From: an uncultured Veillonellaceae bacterium
GTDB taxonomy: Bacteria > Bacillota > Negativicutes > JARBTT01
NCBI GenBank assembly: GCA_963805085.1
Contig: CAWDTA010000005.1
Coordinates: 704,001-768,000 of the forward strand
Length of the DNA: 64,000 bases
Direction of reading: 5' to 3'
The position numbers and the translations under genes were made by a program. A model generated the notes under the pieces. It saw only the letters and a list, made by a program, of their open reading frames with translations. It was not told the DNA's origin and searched no databases. The first letter of the stretch is position 1. Each line of letters begins with the position of its first letter. Shown piece after piece: positions 59,150 to 64,000 of this stretch.

Positions 59150-60829
59150 TTGGCGTCAACATCGCATGTTACCATTCGAAAAAGATTAGCAGTGGTACTT
59201 ATCATTGTCATACTAATTATGGGAGCATTAAGTTGTCGTCTAGGATATCTTCAGCTTTACCAGAGTCATTGGTTGAGTGAAAATGCCATTGATCAACGGA
59301 TTAGAAACATACCTGTTGAAGCAAGGCGCGGAAATATTTATGACAGAAAAGGACAAAAGTTAGCAGTGAGTATTAGCATAGAATCTGTTTATGCAATACC
59401 TGCTGAAATACGTGATGTAGAAACAACAGCAGCCAATCTGGCTGCTATTTTGGATTTAGATAAGAATAAATTGCTAGATAAGCTAAAAAAACGACAGGCT
59501 TTTACATGGATTGCTCGTAAAGTTACAACGGAGCAGGCGGAAGGTATTAGGAAGGTAGATTTAGCTGGGATCGGTTTAACTGAAGAAGGAGAACGGTATT
59601 ATCCACAGGATAATGTCGCAGCACATGTACTTGGTTTTACGGGACTTGATAGCCAGGGACTAGATGGCGTAGAGCTTACCTTTGATCAGTATCTACGTGG
59701 CAACAAAGGTAGTATCGTCATAGAATACGATGCCAAAGGACGTGAAATTCCTTATGCAGTCCACCGTTATCTTGCACCAGAGGTCGGTAATGATGTGTAT
59801 TTAACCTTAGATATTGTCATTCAACAAATTGTAGAGCGTGAGCTAGATAAAGTGATGCAGGAAACGAAAGCGAAGGGCGCATCGATTATTGCAATGGATC
59901 CTTATACGGGTGAAATTCTAGCACTTGCGAACCGTCCCGATTACAATCCCAATCATTTTGCTGAATATGAACCGAAAAATTGGCGTAATGCAGCTATTTC
60001 AAATGCATTTGAGCCAGGGTCAACTTTTAAAATATTAACGACGACAGCTGCTCTTGGCGAAAAAATCGTAAGCTTAAATGAAAGGTTTTTTGATTCTGGT
60101 GCGATCGAGGTACAAGGGCGAACGATTCATTGTTGGAAGCATGGTGGCCATGGTAGTGAAACGTTTAAAGAGGTTGTTGAAAATTCTTGTAATACTGGCT
60201 TTGTAACGGTTGGCCTGCGTCTAGGGGGTGAAAACTTCTATAAGTATTTGCATGCGTTTGGTCTAGGAAAAACGACTGGAATTGATCTACCAGGCGAGGC
60301 AAAGGGCATCCTGATTAAAGAGAGCAAAGTGACGCCAATTAATCTGGCAACGATGGCCATGGGGCAGAGTATCGCAGTAACGCCGATACAGTTGATTGAT
60401 GCCGTTTGCGCCGTTATCAATGGTGGTGAGCATATCAAACCTCAAATCGTCAGAGAAATAAAAAACAAAGATGGTGCTATGGTCAAAAGTTTTGCAAAAG
60501 AGGGGCTAGGGCAGGTGATATCCAATGAGGTATCGGTGGAAGTGAAAGAAGTTTTAGAAAGTGTTGTAGCAAATGGGACGGGGAAGAACGCTGCAATCGA
60601 GGGTTATCGTATTGGTGGAAAGACTGGTACAGCGCAGAAGGTAGGACCGGGTGGCTATATGCCAGGGAAGTATATTGCTTCTTTTATTGGCTTTGCGCCA
60701 GCAGATAAACCACAAATTGTTTTTTTAGTTGCCATTGATGAACCGGAAGGCATTTATTACGGTGGGCAAATTGCTGCTCCTGTGTTTAAAAATGTGATGC
60801 AGGATGTACTTCCCTATATAAAAAATTAA
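59150..60829 (+). CDS. spoVD: Class B penicillin-binding protein (SpoVD/FtsI-like), no PASTA domains
   Basis: RG.IYDR, R.YP, EPGSTFK (SxxK), SCN, KTGTAQ. Confidence 0.8.
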   Translation: MASTSHVTIRKRLAVVLIIVILIMGALSCRLGYLQLYQSHWLSENAIDQRIRNIPVEARRGNIYDRKGQKLAVSISIESVYAIPAEIRDVETTAANLAAILDLDKNKLLDKLKKRQAFTWIARKVTTEQAEGIRKVDLAGIGLTEEGERYYPQDNVAAHVLGFTGLDSQGLDGVELTFDQYLRGNKGSIVIEYDAKGREIPYAVHRYLAPEVGNDVYLTLDIVIQQIVERELDKVMQETKAKGASIIAMDPYTGEILALANRPDYNPNHFAEYEPKNWRNAAISNAFEPGSTFKILTTTAALGEKIVSLNERFFDSGAIEVQGRTIHCWKHGGHGSETFKEVVENSCNTGFVTVGLRLGGENFYKYLHAFGLGKTTGIDLPGEAKGILIKESKVTPINLATMAMGQSIAVTPIQLIDAVCAVINGGEHIKPQIVREIKNKDGAMVKSFAKEGLGQVISNEVSVEVKEVLESVVANGTGKNAAIEGYRIGGKTGTAQKVGPGGYMPGKYIASFIGFAPADKPQIVFLVAIDEPEGIYYGGQIAAPVFKNVMQDVLPYIKN

Positions 60830-60937
60830 TTAAAATAAAAAATTATGATAACTAGACTGTAAAAATATACTGTTACGGTTTATAATATATTGTTAATAGG
60901 ATTGGTAATAATAATACATAGTAGGGGGAATCTAAAA

Positions 60938-62425
60938 ATGGAAAAGAAATTAAAACAATTGATAGATTTATTGCCAGAATGTCAAGTGCATGGTAAAGAA
61001 GATAAAATCATTCAAAGTATTGCGCATGATTCACGTAAAGTGGTAGCAAATACGCTGTTCATATGCATGATAGGGGCAACGGTTGACGGTCATAATTATA
61101 TTGAGCAAGCAGTTAAACATGGCGCTGTAGCTGTATTAGTAGAAAAAGATGTTGTTGTGCCAGAAGGTGTTACGGTAATTCGGGTGCAAGATATGAAAGC
61201 TAGTATGCAGTCTATTGTGCCATATTTTTATGACTATCCAGCACAAAAAATGCGGATGATTGGTATCACGGGTACCAATGGGAAAACAACGACAAGTTAT
61301 TTAATTCGTGCTATCTTAAGAAATGCTGGATTTAAAGTTGGCGTCATCGGCACGATTCAAATCATTATTGAAGATCGGGTGCTACCGATTCATAATACGA
61401 CGCCAGATGTGATTGACTTGCAAAGTACTTTAGCTGAGATGGTAAGCAGTGGTATTGACTATGTCGTTATGGAAGTATCTTCACATGCATTAGCACAAGA
61501 GCGCGTGGTTGGTTGTGAATTTGATACAGCAATATTTACAAATGTAACTCAAGATCATTTAGATTATCATAAAACATTTGAGAATTATATCGCGGCAAAA
61601 GCAAGATTATTTACTTCGCTTACGCAAGTGGGTAATATAAAAGCGAACAAGAATGCGGTGATCAATATTGATGATGAAGCAAGTAAAGCAATGCTTGCAA
61701 ATACGAAGTGCAAGGTTCTTACCTATGGCGTACATAATGATTCAGATATCAAAGCAGTAGACATCAATGTATTAGCAAGTGGGGCTAATTTTACAACGAC
61801 AGGTGACTTTGGCTGTATTCCATTGCAACTAAAAATTACTGGCGTATTTAACGTTTATAATGTTATGGGAGCAATTGGTGCGGCGCTTGCTGAACATATT
61901 ACGAAGGAGACAATCAAAGAAACATTAGAATCCTTTACCAGCGTACCAGGACGCTTCGAATTGGTGGATGAAGGGCAAGATTTCAGTGTTATCGTTGATT
62001 ATGCCCATACGCCGGATGGACTTGAAAATATTTTAAAAACAGCTCGTCAAATTGCGGTAAATCGTATCATTACCGTTTTTGGTTGTGGTGGTGATCGTGA
62101 TCGTACAAAACGTCCGATTATGGGGCGGATTGCAACTGAGCTATCAGATGTCATTATCGCAACTTCTGATAATCCTCGCTCAGAAGATCCAGAATCTATT
62201 TTAACGCAAGTCGAAGTTGGGGTACTTGAAGTACTAGGTGATAAACAGCATGAGAAAATCACGGATCGAAAAACAGCAATCTATCGGGCAATTGGGATGG
62301 CTAAAGCTGGTGATATCGTTATTATTGCAGGTAAGGGGCATGAAGATTATCAAATTTTAAAAGATAAAACAATTCATTTTGATGATAAAGAAGTTGCCCG
62401 TGAGGCAATCAGGGGGCTAAAATAA
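60938..62425 (+). CDS. murE: UDP-MurNAc-tripeptide synthetase MurE (meso-DAP type)
   Basis: GITGTNGKTT, MEVSSH, DHLDYH, DYAHTPD, DNPR. Confidence 0.97.
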   Translation: MEKKLKQLIDLLPECQVHGKEDKIIQSIAHDSRKVVANTLFICMIGATVDGHNYIEQAVKHGAVAVLVEKDVVVPEGVTVIRVQDMKASMQSIVPYFYDYPAQKMRMIGITGTNGKTTTSYLIRAILRNAGFKVGVIGTIQIIIEDRVLPIHNTTPDVIDLQSTLAEMVSSGIDYVVMEVSSHALAQERVVGCEFDTAIFTNVTQDHLDYHKTFENYIAAKARLFTSLTQVGNIKANKNAVINIDDEASKAMLANTKCKVLTYGVHNDSDIKAVDINVLASGANFTTTGDFGCIPLQLKITGVFNVYNVMGAIGAALAEHITKETIKETLESFTSVPGRFELVDEGQDFSVIVDYAHTPDGLENILKTARQIAVNRIITVFGCGGDRDRTKRPIMGRIATELSDVIIATSDNPRSEDPESILTQVEVGVLEVLGDKQHEKITDRKTAIYRAIGMAKAGDIVIIAGKGHEDYQILKDKTIHFDDKEVAREAIRGLK

Positions 62426-63790
62426 ATGCTCAGTTTTACCGTAGAAAATGTAAAAATAGCAACGGCTGGAATCGTAGTAAAAACAGTAGCGCATAATTTT
62501 ACCAAAGTTGTGACCGATACCCGTTTGATTGAAAAGGGAGCATTATTTATCGCACTGATTGGGGAGCGATTTGATGGCCATGTCTTTGTCCATCAGGCAA
62601 TTGAAAAAGGGGCTGCTGGTATTATTGTCAGCAGTGATTATACCGCCGAAGAACTGGTGCAGCTCAATGTTACAATTATAAAAGTCAATAACACGTTGAC
62701 GGCTTATCAACAAATGGCAAAGCTATATCGTGATTCGTTTGCTATTCCTGTGATTGCGATTACAGGTTCAAATGGGAAAACGACAACGAAAGATTTGACA
62801 GCGGCGGTACTTAGTAGTAAATTTAATGTGCTAAAGACAAAAGCAAATTATAATAATGAAATAGGTTTGCCGCTTACTTTGTTTAGTTTAACCGAAGCGC
62901 ATGAAGTTGCTGTCGTAGAAATGGGGATGCGTGGTTTCGGTCAAATCGAGGAATTGGCTAAGATTGCTACGCCTACGATTGGCATCGTAACAAATGTCGG
63001 TGAAACGCATATGGAGCTGTTAGGTTCGCTAGAAAATATCGCTAAGGCAAAAAGTGAACTCGTTGATGCTATGGATGCGCATGGGGTAGTGATTTTGAAT
63101 GTAGATAATTCCTATGTGCGTGCGATGCAAACGAAAGCGAAAGGAAAAGTAATTTTATTTGGTTTTTCTGAAGCTGCGGATGTAAAGGCTAGTAATGTCA
63201 AAATAAATGGTCAAGAAACGATGTTTGATTGCAGTTTTAGTGGTGCTACCTATTCTTTTGTAGTACCGATGGTTGGAAGGCATAATGTTTATAATGCACT
63301 TGCAGCGATTGCTGTTGGCTTTGAACTTGGTTTGACGGCAGAAGAAATGCAAACTGGTTTAGCAGATTTTACGGCTAGCGGTATGCGACTAGCAATTGGT
63401 CATGTTGGTGATTACACTGTCATTAATGATGCCTATAATGCAAGCCCAATGTCAATGATGGCAGCGATTGAAGCGTTAAAAGAGGTTGCGAGTAATCGCT
63501 GCATTGCTGTGCTTGGGGATATGCTGGAATTAGGTGATATTGCAGTAGAAGCGCATGCTAATATTGGGGTGAAGTTAGCCGAGAAAAAGATTGATGCAGT
63601 GGTTACAATTGGTGAAATGGCAAAATATATTGCAAGCAGTGCTCTTGAAAATGGTGTCTTGCAGGTGTTTGCCTGTGATAACCATAGTCAGGCAGGTCTA
63701 GCCTTAAAAAATATATTACAAGCTGGTGATTCGATCTTAGTAAAAGGTTCACGTGGTATGCAAATGGAAAAGGTTATTGAGTTGATTTAA
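62426..63790 (+). CDS. murF: UDP-MurNAc-pentapeptide synthetase MurF
   Basis: [34 protein letters not shown]. Confidence 0.97.
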   Translation: MLSFTVENVKIATAGIVVKTVAHNFTKVVTDTRLIEKGALFIALIGERFDGHVFVHQAIEKGAAGIIVSSDYTAEELVQLNVTIIKVNNTLTAYQQMAKLYRDSFAIPVIAITGSNGKTTTKDLTAAVLSSKFNVLKTKANYNNEIGLPLTLFSLTEAHEVAVVEMGMRGFGQIEELAKIATPTIGIVTNVGETHMELLGSLENIAKAKSELVDAMDAHGVVILNVDNSYVRAMQTKAKGKVILFGFSEAADVKASNVKINGQETMFDCSFSGATYSFVVPMVGRHNVYNALAAIAVGFELGLTAEEMQTGLADFTASGMRLAIGHVGDYTVINDAYNASPMSMMAAIEALKEVASNRCIAVLGDMLELGDIAVEAHANIGVKLAEKKIDAVVTIGEMAKYIASSALENGVLQVFACDNHSQAGLALKNILQAGDSILVKGSRGMQMEKVIELI

Positions 63791-63804
63791 GCAGGAGGAT
63801 AGCT

Positions 63805-64000
63805 ATGTCAGTATTATTTTATGCGGCAATTATGGCAGTCATTATCACGATGATTTGTGGACCGCTAATAATTCCATTGCTTCGTAAGTTAAAGTTTGGC
63901 CAAAGTATTCGCGAAGAAGGGCCGAAAAGTCATTATATAAAGTCGGGTACTCCGACAATGGGTGGACTTATCATTTTATTAGCGTTAGTAGTCCCTGTTA
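63805..64000 (+). CDS. mraY: Phospho-MurNAc-pentapeptide transferase MraY (5' part, runs off the window)
   Basis: Manual translation ...[33 protein letters not shown]. Confidence 0.93.
   Translation, partial: MSVLFYAAIMAVIITMICGPLIIPLLRKLKFGQSIREEGPKSHYIKSGTPTMGGLIILLALVVPV

Noticed and set aside
1082-63352. Many short antisense or alternate-frame ORFs in the six-frame track
   Set aside because: They overlap well-supported genes, lack recognisable motifs, and look like shadow ORFs.
1-64000. CRISPR arrays, tRNA/rRNA genes, IS elements, prophage or defence genes
   Set aside because: None seen: intergenic gaps are short and explained, with no repeat-spacer periodicity and no transposase or integrase ORFs in the window.

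Overview
AT-rich, almost entirely + strand core chromosomal segment from a spore-forming, flagellated firmicute. Gene order and protein character suggest Negativicutes/Clostridia (inference). Order: an orphan 3' fragment of sigK (120-401) preceded by non-sigK DNA, probably the right junction of a skin-like element; pncB; folP-folB-folK-glycolipid glycosyltransferase; dprA-topA-trmFO-hslV-hslU-codY (no xerC); a ~33 kb fla/che cluster (flgB to fliA, then fapA and two small genes); rpsB-tsf-pyrH-frr-small ORF-ferredoxin-uppS-cdsA-dxr-rseP-ispG-proS; a DUF1858-like gene; a degenerate Lgt paralog; a polysaccharide deacetylase; and the start of the dcw cluster (rsmH-ftsL-spoVD/ftsI-murE-murF-mraY', no mraZ). 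Best leads: (1) split sigK with an att-like inverted repeat; (2) a two-hairpin RNA element between the TIGR02530-like gene, whose product resembles small toxin-type RNases, and flgE; (3) a fliR/flhB junction one base from a fusion, with a Prp-type LQLF cleavage motif; (4) an Lgt pseudoenzyme; (5) a perfect 32-bp palindrome upstream of codY. All calls rest on motif recognition by eye; no database searches were run.
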